NCBI GenBank assembly: GCA_016176465.1
Contig: JACOXD010000006.1
Span: 71,878-135,877, forward strand
DNA length: 64,000 bases
From: Candidatus Daviesbacteria bacterium
GTDB lineage: Bacteria; Patescibacteriota; Microgenomatia; Daviesbacterales; UBA10151
Direction: 5' to 3'
A program made the translations under genes and the position numbers. Shown piece after piece: positions 35,662 through 45,831 of the stretch. The notes below the pieces were generated by a model that had not been told where the DNA came from, made no database searches, and was given only the letters and a program-made list of their open reading frames with translations. Numbering within the stretch: position 1 is the stretch's first letter; every line of letters begins with the position of its first letter.

Positions 35662-37975
35662 AATAGCCATAATTATAGATAAACTCCAACCTGGGGGAGT
35701 TCAAATAAGTGCGATTGAATACGTTCGCAACTTAAATAAGCTGAATCACCAAGCTAAACTTTTTATCCTAATGAGGGAAGAGATCGATCAAAGCCCCCCT
35801 TTGCTAACATCAGATGTACCCTTTAGTTATCTTTCTGATTCCTATCCCAAACCGTTTAGAAAAAGTATTAAATTTCCTTTTTTTAATTTTTTCTCTACCA
35901 ATCATCTTTGGTCAATACTTTTTGCTCCAAGACAATTTAGTAAAGATAAATTCGACATTATCATCGGAATGGGAGCTTCCACCTGTCTTACTGTAGCCTC
36001 AATCAGTAAATTAAAAAAGATTCCCTATATTGCCATAATTCATGACCCCATAACTTTTATTCTTAAAAAGTGCTACTATGATACTCCCCTAAGGTTTGCA
36101 TTTCCCATACTTTTGCCACTGGGAGAATTTTTGGAAAAAATAATAGTTAAATCAGCCACAAAGACTATTTTAATTTCCAAGGTTCATTTCAATTACTTTG
36201 TATCGAATTTTAAAATCCATCCTTTAATCTTACCCTTAAGCACAGATTTTCCTAAAAGATTATCCTCTAGAAAAAAAGAGCGAATTCTTTCCTTTGGCCG
36301 TTGGGATAATCAAAAAAAACCGGAGTTCTTGATAGAGCTAGCAAAGTCTTTGCCCAAAATTCCCATAACTATTGCTGGCAGCTGGACAAATCCTAAAGAA
36401 TTAGCTGATTTTAAACTAAAGATAGTTCAATCAAAACTTACAGATCAAATTCAAGTTACCCAAAGCTATACTAAAACTAAATTAGCTAGACTATGTCGTC
36501 AAGCCCTTGTCTGGGTTTATCCTAGCTTTGAATCATTTAGTCTTTCAGCATTGGAAGCAACATCTTTCGGATTACCTATTATTATCCCCGCCAAATCAGG
36601 TATAACTGAGTATTTTGAACATGGAATTCACGGTTTTTTTCCTAAAGGCTTGGATTTAAATGAATATAAAAAATACATTTTGAAACTACTTAGAGATAGA
36701 AGTCTTGCTGAGAGAATGGGTAACCTAGCCTACAAAACTGCCAAAAGTAAGTTTTCATCTCTAGCTAATACTAAAGATTTGCTAACTTCAGTTAATACAA
36801 TCTTAAATAAAGATAATCCAAGGATATTTGTCTTGGAAACTGCACACACTAAAGAAGCAACTCCAGCTGGCGGAGACTTACTTATGCGACCGATGGCTGA
36901 AAAGTTAAAAGAAAAGTTTAAATTTACAATTATTGTACCCAAAATTGCTAATAAATATTGGCAAGAAAGTCCAATCCATAAAGAAATTATCTCCCTCCCT
37001 CGGACTTCTCTTGATAATTCTGTTAATCCTTTTTCTATTTTTATCAATTATGTAATAAGAATAGTAAAATCAACGAAGATTTTACTTAATAACTCAAAAA
37101 AAGATACTATTTACTCATCAACTGATATTTTGACAGACACTTTCCCGGCTTTTATAACTAAGCTTATTCATAAAGATAGTAGGTGGATTGCAAGAGTACA
37201 CCACCTTATACCTCCCCCTCTTAACAGAGAAGGCAATTTTCTGGTTAATTTAATCTCTTTTTTACTACAGAGGATTTCAATTAATTTAATTAAACTTCAG
37301 GCTGATTCAATTTTAGCTTTAAATGATAATTTAAGAATAAACTTAGATAAATTGGGGTTACCCAAAGCTAAATTAAGGGTGTTGGGTGCTGGAATAAATT
37401 ATCATGATATATCCTCTCAAAAGGTCCTTACTAATACTAAATCATATGATGGTGTCTTCTTGGGTAGGTTACACCGTACTAAGGGGGTCTTTGATTTGAT
37501 CCCGATTTGGAAAGAGGTCGTTAAGAAATATCCAAAAGCTAGACTGGGAATTATTGGCAAAAGCTATGATAGTACACCTTTAAAACTAAAGAGACAGATT
37601 CAAAAATCAAATCTTCAAAAAAATATCTTCCTACTAGGTTACTTAAAAGAGAAAGAAAAAATTTCTATCTTAAAAAAAGCTAAGGTATTTTTATTTACTG
37701 ATCATGAAGCTGGTTTTGGGATAGCGGTTGCTGAAGCTATGGCAGCAGGACTACCTGTTGTCGGTTGGGACATTGGAATATTAGGGAATGTATATAAAGC
37801 AGGTTATCTTTGTAGCAAAAAAGGAGATTATCAAGATTTTGGGTTAAATATAACTAAATTGCTAGAGAATGGTCAAACTTACAAGAAAGTTTCTAGCTCT
37901 GCTCGCAGGGTAGCCTCGGGATTAGATTGGAGTAAAACATCTAATCAGTTTTTGAAAATTGCAGAACAAATTTAG
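35654..37975 (+). CDS. Tandem double GT4 fusion glycosyltransferase
   Basis: Two GT-B modules with ESFSLSALE and EAGFGIAVAE motifs. Confidence 0.88.
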   Translation: MTKIAIIIDKLQPGGVQISAIEYVRNLNKLNHQAKLFILMREEIDQSPPLLTSDVPFSYLSDSYPKPFRKSIKFPFFNFFSTNHLWSILFAPRQFSKDKFDIIIGMGASTCLTVASISKLKKIPYIAIIHDPITFILKKCYYDTPLRFAFPILLPLGEFLEKIIVKSATKTILISKVHFNYFVSNFKIHPLILPLSTDFPKRLSSRKKERILSFGRWDNQKKPEFLIELAKSLPKIPITIAGSWTNPKELADFKLKIVQSKLTDQIQVTQSYTKTKLARLCRQALVWVYPSFESFSLSALEATSFGLPIIIPAKSGITEYFEHGIHGFFPKGLDLNEYKKYILKLLRDRSLAERMGNLAYKTAKSKFSSLANTKDLLTSVNTILNKDNPRIFVLETAHTKEATPAGGDLLMRPMAEKLKEKFKFTIIVPKIANKYWQESPIHKEIISLPRTSLDNSVNPFSIFINYVIRIVKSTKILLNNSKKDTIYSSTDILTDTFPAFITKLIHKDSRWIARVHHLIPPPLNREGNFLVNLISFLLQRISINLIKLQADSILALNDNLRINLDKLGLPKAKLRVLGAGINYHDISSQKVLTNTKSYDGVFLGRLHRTKGVFDLIPIWKEVVKKYPKARLGIIGKSYDSTPLKLKRQIQKSNLQKNIFLLGYLKEKEKISILKKAKVFLFTDHEAGFGIAVAEAMAAGLPVVGWDIGILGNVYKAGYLCSKKGDYQDFGLNITKLLENGQTYKKVSSSARRVASGLDWSKTSNQFLKIAEQI

Positions 37976-40818
37976 TCCTCCTCCTCTTTCTCCCACCACT
38001 TTTGTGTCCTCTTTTGCAATTTATTCCAGGTATAGTTTTTAACTTTGCCGGAAATTATTCCTCTTAGAAGTATTAGCTCTAACAGAAGTAGTATGAGAAG
38101 GCCTGATAAAGTAATGATAACTTTGTGCTCAAGCGAGCCACTAAAGGAAAATTTAACCTCCATTTTATCCTTGCTCGGTAAAAAAACATACATATAGCCT
38201 GGAAAGGTGGGTCCAGCTTTAAAGATTTTCAGCTCTCCCCGCTTTCCGCTTGGAGTTTCATACCAGGCTCGCCAACCATCATAGGCTTGCTCTTTAAAAA
38301 GTACCCCCTTAGCATTTTCACCCTCGATTAACCTTAAATTTGGGTTTTTAAAATTAACCTGAAAAGGAATTGGTGGTTTTTTACTTAAATCAAGCATGCC
38401 GGAAAATATATTTTTAGCAAATTTTGCCTCTTCTTGATTGTGGTTTCGGGTAACATGGTAAGCAAAGTTTAATCCTGACCAAATAACTTTTCCACTCCCT
38501 ACAGCATAAGTTGCCATGACTACCTGATTTTTATTTTTAAGTATTATTTGAGCACCACTTCTTAGTTCTTTTTCTTCACCATAAGACAACTTCCACTCTG
38601 ATTCATCAAATATTGGCGCTGAGAATTTTTGAAAGTCAATTTCTTGATTAAACGGGTGGTTGCTAGCATCCAACTTCCATTCCTTACCCATTCCCCTTCT
38701 TTGAACCTTTTTAATTGGGAAAAAGTCCGGCAGTTCCCCTGATGATTGTTTCACTTCTACTCCGGTATCAATAAAGACTTTTTTTCCATCAGTTACATAT
38801 TGCTTTAGTCTTCTAAATACCGCTTCCCCATCTCCTACTTCATAATCATAGAGATAGAGAGCATCAAAATTTTGCAGAGTAGTTAAATCTATTTTATCTA
38901 AGGACCTACCAAGCTTAATTGGTATTAAAACTTGGGAATTAAGATTGTCTTTTTCAGCAATAAGTCTAATCACTGTTTCATATCCTTGATCTGATGCAAA
39001 TACCCCCATGGTGGGCACATTGGTCGCAGCCATTACCGGTGAAGTTACCTCAGGTTTAAATTCATAGTAATTTAAAGTTACCGGTCTATTAGTATATTTC
39101 TCATCATTGAAATCAAGTGTTTCTGTTTTATTAACTAGCAACTCTTGAAGATATTTAGGAACAGGTGTATAAACATTGCCGATATGACCACCCTCAAAAT
39201 AACGAATAGCGTTCCAGTCAACCAGGAATAATGCATTGGATATGGTTGTCTCCAGGGGGTATTTAAAGGATTTAACCAATTGTGGTTCACCTTCAGACTC
39301 AGAGAGTGCTGAATCAAGCCAAAATATATAACCACGCTGGCTGGCGTTTATCGGCGGGTCAATATATCCCCTGGCTAAAGGCATTTTAAACATACTGGGC
39401 CACCAGATATTTACAGTCTGATCTCCCTCATAAAATCTAAAATTGCTACTCTCACCATCAAGCCAAGCAGGAACTAACCTCTCTTTAAGTTTTTCTCGAT
39501 CAACCTCTGAAATCCTTAGATTCAAAATATCAGGATGGGCGGATGTAACTTGACCTCTATATATTAGATTACTAAGGGTTAAATTTATAGGGTAAGAGAC
39601 TAAATGGATAGCACCTACATAAATTACCACCAGGTTCAAAACTAAAATTGTTGCCAAGCGCAAAGTTTTTGTTTTGAAAAAAGTATTTAAATTATCGACA
39701 CTCGCTCTCCAAAAAACTGCAGCTAGCATACCTATCCAAATAGGAACTGACCAAAATAGTCTATACCAGCCTCCATGATAAATTGATATCCCTTCCCCAA
39801 AAAGCCAGACATAAAGAAAAAAATAGGCAGTAATCAGAACATATGGCAGTACTGTCAACATACTTTTTAAGTTTCTACTAATAATCAGGCTAAGTACAAA
39901 AACTAAACCTAACGTAGCGGCCATTATAAAAGGTAAAAGATGGTTATCAGTAACCACCCGTTGAACTTGGGCTCTGCTGAAGGTTTGTTGTATCTGTTGA
40001 TACTCTTTATCTGCGGCAGTAGTGGTCGAAAGACTTATCCTTTCGGTATCAGTCTGAATAGCCGCTTGAAGAGAGCCTTCAAAAGTAGAATAAAATAGCG
40101 GTAAACCAATAAGCAGCGAGACTAGCAAAAAAAACAACCATTGCTTTATCTTGGAAAAAATTCGCCATCCCCCACTCAAGTTGGCGAATATCAAAATAGA
40201 AACTGCTGGTAGAATATAAACCACAAAAATCAAAGGATGTCCCAAAATTGAGATTCCAGCAATTAAGACACTGGATAATAAATAATAAGGTTTAAAACTT
40301 TTAAGGTATAAAACCAAAAACATTAAGCTCCAGGGAAGGGCTGCTTGAGTACCGTAGCTTGGTAAGCTTCCCGCCCAAGTTAATGTTTGATAGACCCCCC
40401 CGGAAAATCCCACTGCAATACTTAAAAAGATAGACAAAAGAAAATTGCGGCTAATGGCGAAAAATAAAAAGTATGCTCCTATGATAAAAAGGGCGGCAGA
40501 TACCATCATCCAAATTTGAATTGAATAAACTAAATCAAAAAAGTTAGAAAAAAAATAAGCTATATACCCATGTAGCGGAGGATAAATGAAGGCCGGCCAC
40601 CCACCAAAGCCAGAATAATTCCATAGGGCAAAAGGTGCAACAAAGTTTTGCTTTAAAAGTTGTGTGATAGTTACGAGTAAATGAAAATCTACACCAAATA
40701 AGGGTCGGAAGTTTATATACCAATCTGCAATAGGTTTCCAGATATAGATAATCAAACTAATTGACAATAAGTGGAGCAAAATCAAAACAGGAAGTGTCAA
40801 CTTACCAATAATTTTCAT
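37972..40818 (-). CDS. Large GT-C-like membrane protein, paralogue 2
   Basis: GVD, LTWAGS, DQTVNIWW, ARGYIDPP and FKEQ..GW motifs; acidic tail WWEKEEED; TGATG coupling to the upstream gene. Confidence 0.7.
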   Translation of the reverse strand: MKIIGKLTLPVLILLHLLSISLIIYIWKPIADWYINFRPLFGVDFHLLVTITQLLKQNFVAPFALWNYSGFGGWPAFIYPPLHGYIAYFFSNFFDLVYSIQIWMMVSAALFIIGAYFLFFAISRNFLLSIFLSIAVGFSGGVYQTLTWAGSLPSYGTQAALPWSLMFLVLYLKSFKPYYLLSSVLIAGISILGHPLIFVVYILPAVSILIFANLSGGWRIFSKIKQWLFFLLVSLLIGLPLFYSTFEGSLQAAIQTDTERISLSTTTAADKEYQQIQQTFSRAQVQRVVTDNHLLPFIMAATLGLVFVLSLIISRNLKSMLTVLPYVLITAYFFLYVWLFGEGISIYHGGWYRLFWSVPIWIGMLAAVFWRASVDNLNTFFKTKTLRLATILVLNLVVIYVGAIHLVSYPINLTLSNLIYRGQVTSAHPDILNLRISEVDREKLKERLVPAWLDGESSNFRFYEGDQTVNIWWPSMFKMPLARGYIDPPINASQRGYIFWLDSALSESEGEPQLVKSFKYPLETTISNALFLVDWNAIRYFEGGHIGNVYTPVPKYLQELLVNKTETLDFNDEKYTNRPVTLNYYEFKPEVTSPVMAATNVPTMGVFASDQGYETVIRLIAEKDNLNSQVLIPIKLGRSLDKIDLTTLQNFDALYLYDYEVGDGEAVFRRLKQYVTDGKKVFIDTGVEVKQSSGELPDFFPIKKVQRRGMGKEWKLDASNHPFNQEIDFQKFSAPIFDESEWKLSYGEEKELRSGAQIILKNKNQVVMATYAVGSGKVIWSGLNFAYHVTRNHNQEEAKFAKNIFSGMLDLSKKPPIPFQVNFKNPNLRLIEGENAKGVLFKEQAYDGWRAWYETPSGKRGELKIFKAGPTFPGYMYVFLPSKDKMEVKFSFSGSLEHKVIITLSGLLILLLLELILLRGIISGKVKNYTWNKLQKRTQKWWEKEEED

Positions 40819-43706
40819 CAAGCTTCCTCCTCTTTCTCCCACCAAGAAAATACCTTCCGTCTTACCCTTTTTGTTAATCTAAAAATACGTCTACCCAACA
40901 CTTTTGAGTCAAGCAAAATATATTCCAGAATAAATAAAACAATAACTACATTGGTGATGGCAACTATCCAATAGGTTAACGTACCATTATATTGAAATTT
41001 AACATGAAGAGGCCAATCTTTCTGGTTGATTGGAACATACATAAATCCAGGAAAAGTTGGCCCAACTTTATAAATTGGCAGGGTTTTTCCATCCAAGGTT
41101 GCTCTCCAGCCTGGCCAAAGTTGTTCCTTAAATAAAATACCCTTAGCTTTTTGATCAGTCTTAATTTCAACATCCTCTGGTCGAAACCACTTTGTTTGGG
41201 CGGATAATGGAGCTTTCTCATCTATATTAGTAAAACTTTTTAATATATTGATAAACATATCTGCTTCTTCCTGAATCTTATATTGGTTATAGTGGTAAGG
41301 AAGATTTAATCCCGACCAAACAACCTTACCTGATCCCAGACTTCTCTCCACCAAAACAGGTTTCCCTTGATGTCTTAAGATTACCTTTGCCCCACTTCGT
41401 AGATCGCGATCATTTTCTAGAAAGGAAAGTTTCCATTCATCCTCATTAAAAATAAGTGGTCCAAACTTTTTTAAATCCAAAGAGGCAAGATATTCTCCCT
41501 CACCCTGTATCTCCCAACTTTTTCCTAAACCTTTTCTTTGCAATGAATTCATGGGGAAAATTTGGGGAAGGGAACTATAAGCAGACTCCTTTACTTCTGC
41601 TCCTGTATCAATAAAAACTTTTCCTCCTTCTTTAACATAGCGCTCAAGGATGCTAAATGCTTTATTTTTATTATGGTATCTATATTCATGAATGATTACC
41701 GCATCAAAAGCTTTAAGATCACTTAGGCTGTATTTATCAATATACTCTCCTCCCAAAACTGGAATTATTTTTTTTGAGTTTAAATTCCGTGAAGCGATAA
41801 TTCTTAAAATATCTTCATATCCTGGATCTGAAGTAAAAATTATTACAGCTGATGCATTGGTAGGGTACAGAATGGGGGAAGTTTGGCTATCTGCTACCTT
41901 ATAGAATCTTAAACTTTGGGGAATATCCAGATTAAGTTCTGGTTTCCCTGAAGCCGTTTGATATTTTATAAGCGCACCATGAGTAATTACCTCCTCTTCT
42001 TTATCAAACACTTTATTTTTTAGAAGATACGATGAGGGCGGAGCACTTGGCCCTTTGCTGCTTAATCTTCCTCCCTCAAAGTACCCTATTCCATACCAAT
42101 CAATTAAAAAGAGGCTATTTTGTAAAGCTACCGCTTCTTCAATTTTGAAATCTCGCACTAAAGTATCATTAGCTATACCAATATCCAACCAAAAAAAGCC
42201 ACCTTTTGAACGGGTTCCTACCGGTGGATCAATATAACCTCTTGCTAAAGGAACATCAAAAAAGCTATTCCACCAGATATTGACAGTTTGATCAGCTACA
42301 TACAACCTTTTATTTTTATCATCTGGTCTAATAAAGGAAGGTAGCACTTGAGCCTTAATTTTATCTAAATTTTCTTTTTTAAGGTTAAGGCTTAGGACCT
42401 CTGGGAAAGCTGATGAAAGTTCTGATTTACTATCAGCGACTTCAATTAGTTTATTTATATCAGAGAGATATATAACATATGTAGCTCCTAAAGCAGCGAG
42501 GCTAACAATTACAGCTGTCAATAAATTAACGCCCTTAAAAAAAATATTAATGTGTAATCTCTCTTTTACTGCAGATAAAGTAAATCCCCATAGAAATGCA
42601 GTTAGTAAAGCTAAAGTCACCGGGAACTGCCAAAAAGCCCGGTAGGGATCATGTCTAAGTAAGTTTAAATATCCCCCCAAATTAACAAATGGATGAAACA
42701 TGCTATAGCCAACAATTAATAGAAATGGCATCACTAAAAAAAGTTGCCCCTTTTTTCTAGCTAGAAAAAAGCCAAAAGGAAAAAGTACTAAGCCCAAAAT
42801 TAAAGCAATAAATAGCCATGAATTAGTTTGGGTAAATAAAAGATTAATTTGATCTCTATAAAAATTAGCAATTGCATCTGCTGCCGGACTAGAGGTGGTT
42901 GTGCGCGCAGTTTTACTAACAACACCTGATGGAAGGAGAACTTTTTGAGTCAACATATCTAGTAAGTATTTATAAGTAAAAACAAAGGCAGAAAATAACC
43001 AAGCTAGATTAAAAAGAAATAGATGTTTGATTACTTTTTTAGGGGAATAGCTTCTACTAAATGAGCCAAAAACGAGCATAATCAACAGGGAAGGTATTAA
43101 GAAAGCCAGCACTCCTAGAGGGTGAATAAGAAAACCCAAAGCAGTAACTAAACTCATCCATAGTAAGTTTTTAGTACTGGGATTATTTAGATAGTTATAA
43201 CCCATCAATAAACCCAAGGGTAGGAAAAGCTGAGAAGCAAAGTAAGGGATTGATCCCGCCCAAGTCAGTGAACCATAAATATTAACTGATAAAAGAACAC
43301 ATACTGCTAAGAAAATAGCTACTCCAAAATTTTTGGAGACTCTGAAAAAAAGTAAAAAGCAACAAAAGATAAACAGAAATAAAGAAGATAAGGCAAAAAT
43401 TTGAACTCCACTTGGAGCCCCATATTTGGAAGCAAATGGGACCATTGCATAATAGGTAAATTGGGGAAAATCAAGCATCAGTGGATAACCTCCAAACCAA
43501 ATATCTTTAAAACCATTAAATGGCATCGATAGGTGTTTTAAATGTATAGTGGCATGAGTAGCGCTGTTAAATAAATCAACCCCTAATGCGGGTACTTTAT
43601 TTAGATACCAGTTAAAAAAAGGTTCAAGAGCTTTATAAATTAAGGGGGCAGCCAGGATGGCGAGGAAAACATACGTAAAAGCTTTTAGGTAGGAGTTAAG
43701 CCGCAC
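40818..43706 (-). CDS. Large GT-C-like membrane protein, paralogue 3
   Basis: Same motifs as 37972..40818; tail WWEKEEEA. Confidence 0.7.
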   Translation of the reverse strand: MRLNSYLKAFTYVFLAILAAPLIYKALEPFFNWYLNKVPALGVDLFNSATHATIHLKHLSMPFNGFKDIWFGGYPLMLDFPQFTYYAMVPFASKYGAPSGVQIFALSSLFLFIFCCFLLFFRVSKNFGVAIFLAVCVLLSVNIYGSLTWAGSIPYFASQLFLPLGLLMGYNYLNNPSTKNLLWMSLVTALGFLIHPLGVLAFLIPSLLIMLVFGSFSRSYSPKKVIKHLFLFNLAWLFSAFVFTYKYLLDMLTQKVLLPSGVVSKTARTTTSSPAADAIANFYRDQINLLFTQTNSWLFIALILGLVLFPFGFFLARKKGQLFLVMPFLLIVGYSMFHPFVNLGGYLNLLRHDPYRAFWQFPVTLALLTAFLWGFTLSAVKERLHINIFFKGVNLLTAVIVSLAALGATYVIYLSDINKLIEVADSKSELSSAFPEVLSLNLKKENLDKIKAQVLPSFIRPDDKNKRLYVADQTVNIWWNSFFDVPLARGYIDPPVGTRSKGGFFWLDIGIANDTLVRDFKIEEAVALQNSLFLIDWYGIGYFEGGRLSSKGPSAPPSSYLLKNKVFDKEEEVITHGALIKYQTASGKPELNLDIPQSLRFYKVADSQTSPILYPTNASAVIIFTSDPGYEDILRIIASRNLNSKKIIPVLGGEYIDKYSLSDLKAFDAVIIHEYRYHNKNKAFSILERYVKEGGKVFIDTGAEVKESAYSSLPQIFPMNSLQRKGLGKSWEIQGEGEYLASLDLKKFGPLIFNEDEWKLSFLENDRDLRSGAKVILRHQGKPVLVERSLGSGKVVWSGLNLPYHYNQYKIQEEADMFINILKSFTNIDEKAPLSAQTKWFRPEDVEIKTDQKAKGILFKEQLWPGWRATLDGKTLPIYKVGPTFPGFMYVPINQKDWPLHVKFQYNGTLTYWIVAITNVVIVLFILEYILLDSKVLGRRIFRLTKRVRRKVFSWWEKEEEA

Positions 43707-43745
43707 TATCCCAAAATACCAGACTAAGCTTTAGAAAATCAAGAC

Positions 43746-44933
43746 TTAAAAGAAGGCAATTAGGAGAAAAACTTGAGATATAAATGCTATATAGCTTGTT
43801 TGAATGATCCTGGAAAATAAAAGCAGCACACAAAGGTTAATTATAAAAAGTAGACTAAGCATTTCTATCTTTAAGTTTCTTTGAAATATCTTTCTTGCCC
43901 AAAGCAAAAAGATGACCTCGATAATAAGCTGGAAGATGTAAAATGGAAAACTCGAGCTGGGACTAATAACCTGCAAAGAAGATAACAGTTGTGGCAAACC
44001 TAAAAACCCAGCTATAACATGGGACTCTACTCCTCCTTTTAAATGAAAAAAGATTACATCCCCAACTAATCCAGGAAAATCCCAAACAGCAAAGGGTAGA
44101 TAAATTAACATGGTTAAGATCAGAAAAACTAAAATATTTTTTATAAATAAAGAAAGATTGCGATAACCTTTTATGTAGTAGAACAAAAAAATAAAGTAAA
44201 GCGGCACAAGGGGTAATATCAAAATTTTAGTTCCCAGTCCAAGTACCAACATGCTTGTAGAGAGTAGTGTCCGCTTATATTTCAAAAAAAACAAAACCAA
44301 GAAAATAAAAAACAACAAAATTGCTTCATTCGCTCCATAAAATGAAAGAGGAAGAAATAAGGGATTTAAGAAAAAAAAGCTGGCAAAAAGTATCTTTTCT
44401 TTTACAAGGCTACTTCCTACCAAACCTGCTAAAATTAAAAAAAATAACACTGTTACTTTAAAATCTGCAACCTTAAAAGCCTGCATTGAAAAAAACTGTA
44501 TCGGAGCATTAATAATAAACATTAGCGGTGAATACATATAATGTTCATAAACTTCTTTTAAGGGCGCTACATTAGTATTCTCAAAAAGTTTTTTGTAGTT
44601 GAAGGAGTAGGGATTTTTTCCATCTAAAAATGCTTGCGTAGCGAACTCCGTTAAAATTGCCCCATCATGTTTTTGCCACCTCTCCTCCCCTTTTAGAGAA
44701 AAAATCTTCAGGAATAAAAATATATACAAAGTAAGGATCAGTAATAAAAAAGCAAAAAAGCGAATGGAGTTGTTAGATTTTTTACCAAATAAGGTTAAGA
44801 TTGAGAAAATGAAAAAAAGTGTTAAAAGAAATGCTAGAATAATTAGCACCAACTGATTTGTCAAGTTTAGCACCCTTAAAATATTTACCAGCAATACTAA
44901 AAGAATTGTTGCTTCCAAAATATCTTTTTTCAT
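43746..44933 (-). CDS. Multi-TM GT-C-like protein (GT87-like)
   Basis: HD...GKNPY...YMYSP loop and GANE motif; about 10 TMs. Confidence 0.65.
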   Translation of the reverse strand: MKKDILEATILLVLLVNILRVLNLTNQLVLIILAFLLTLFFIFSILTLFGKKSNNSIRFFAFLLLILTLYIFLFLKIFSLKGEERWQKHDGAILTEFATQAFLDGKNPYSFNYKKLFENTNVAPLKEVYEHYMYSPLMFIINAPIQFFSMQAFKVADFKVTVLFFLILAGLVGSSLVKEKILFASFFFLNPLFLPLSFYGANEAILLFFIFLVLFFLKYKRTLLSTSMLVLGLGTKILILPLVPLYFIFLFYYIKGYRNLSLFIKNILVFLILTMLIYLPFAVWDFPGLVGDVIFFHLKGGVESHVIAGFLGLPQLLSSLQVISPSSSFPFYIFQLIIEVIFLLWARKIFQRNLKIEMLSLLFIINLCVLLLFSRIIQTSYIAFISQVFLLIAFF

Positions 44934-44954
44934 ATACTTGATGAAATCTCAACC

Positions 44955-45830
44955 ATGAAACATACCTTAGATCTTTCTATATCGTTAATTAGCTTTAATA
45001 ATAAAGATCTTTTAGTGCAATGTTTAAACTCCATTTACAAAAATAATAATGAATTATCTTTTGAGATTTTGCTGGTAGATAATGGCTCATTGGATGGGTC
45101 TCCTGAAATAGTAAGACAGAAATTTCCCAAAGTAAAGCTAATTGCAAATAAAAGAAATCTCTATTTTATAAAAGCACACAATCAAAATTTAAAAAAAGTT
45201 ACAGGCCGTTACTTCCTAATTTTAAATGAAGATACCCGAATCCCTCCAGGGGTTTTAAAAAAAATGGTTAAGTTTATGGATCAAAATCCAAAAATTGGTG
45301 CTGCTAGCCTAAGACAAAAAGATGAAGCAGGAAGGGTAGATTTGACTTGTTCCCGCTTCCCCACCCCCTGGGTTGAGCTTTTAGAAACAAGTTTTCCCTG
45401 CAAACTCTTAAATAAATATGTTTTATACCCGTTTACTAACTCTATATTATCTAAGTATCGTTATAAAGGCTGGAAAAGAGATACTATCAAAGAGGTAGAT
45501 GTCATTCCTGGTTCCTTTTTTTTAGGAAGAAGTGGGCTTCTTAAAACAGTTGGGTTATTGGATGAAAAATTGATCTTTTTTTATGTAGAACCGGATTATT
45601 GCCAAAGGGTTAAAAAGATGGGTTATTTGGTGGTGCATAATGGCAAATTAACGATCATTCATCTAAAATCAAAAGGGATTTCTAATCTTACACCCCTAAA
45701 AAGGTATTGGCTCATGGAGCAAGGTATTTTGAATTATTATAAAAAATACTTTGGGACTTTTTGGTGGTATATAATTTGGCTATTTTTGAGACCTAATTGG
45801 CTTTACTGGCATTTGCAATTTAAAAAATAA
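44955..45830 (+). CDS. Glycosyltransferase family 2 (rhamnosyltransferase-like)
   Basis: VDNGSLDG, LNED, LLDE and EPDYC motifs. Confidence 0.88.
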   Translation: MKHTLDLSISLISFNNKDLLVQCLNSIYKNNNELSFEILLVDNGSLDGSPEIVRQKFPKVKLIANKRNLYFIKAHNQNLKKVTGRYFLILNEDTRIPPGVLKKMVKFMDQNPKIGAASLRQKDEAGRVDLTCSRFPTPWVELLETSFPCKLLNKYVLYPFTNSILSKYRYKGWKRDTIKEVDVIPGSFFLGRSGLLKTVGLLDEKLIFFYVEPDYCQRVKKMGYLVVHNGKLTIIHLKSKGISNLTPLKRYWLMEQGILNYYKKYFGTFWWYIIWLFLRPNWLYWHLQFKK

Positions 45831-45831
45831 T

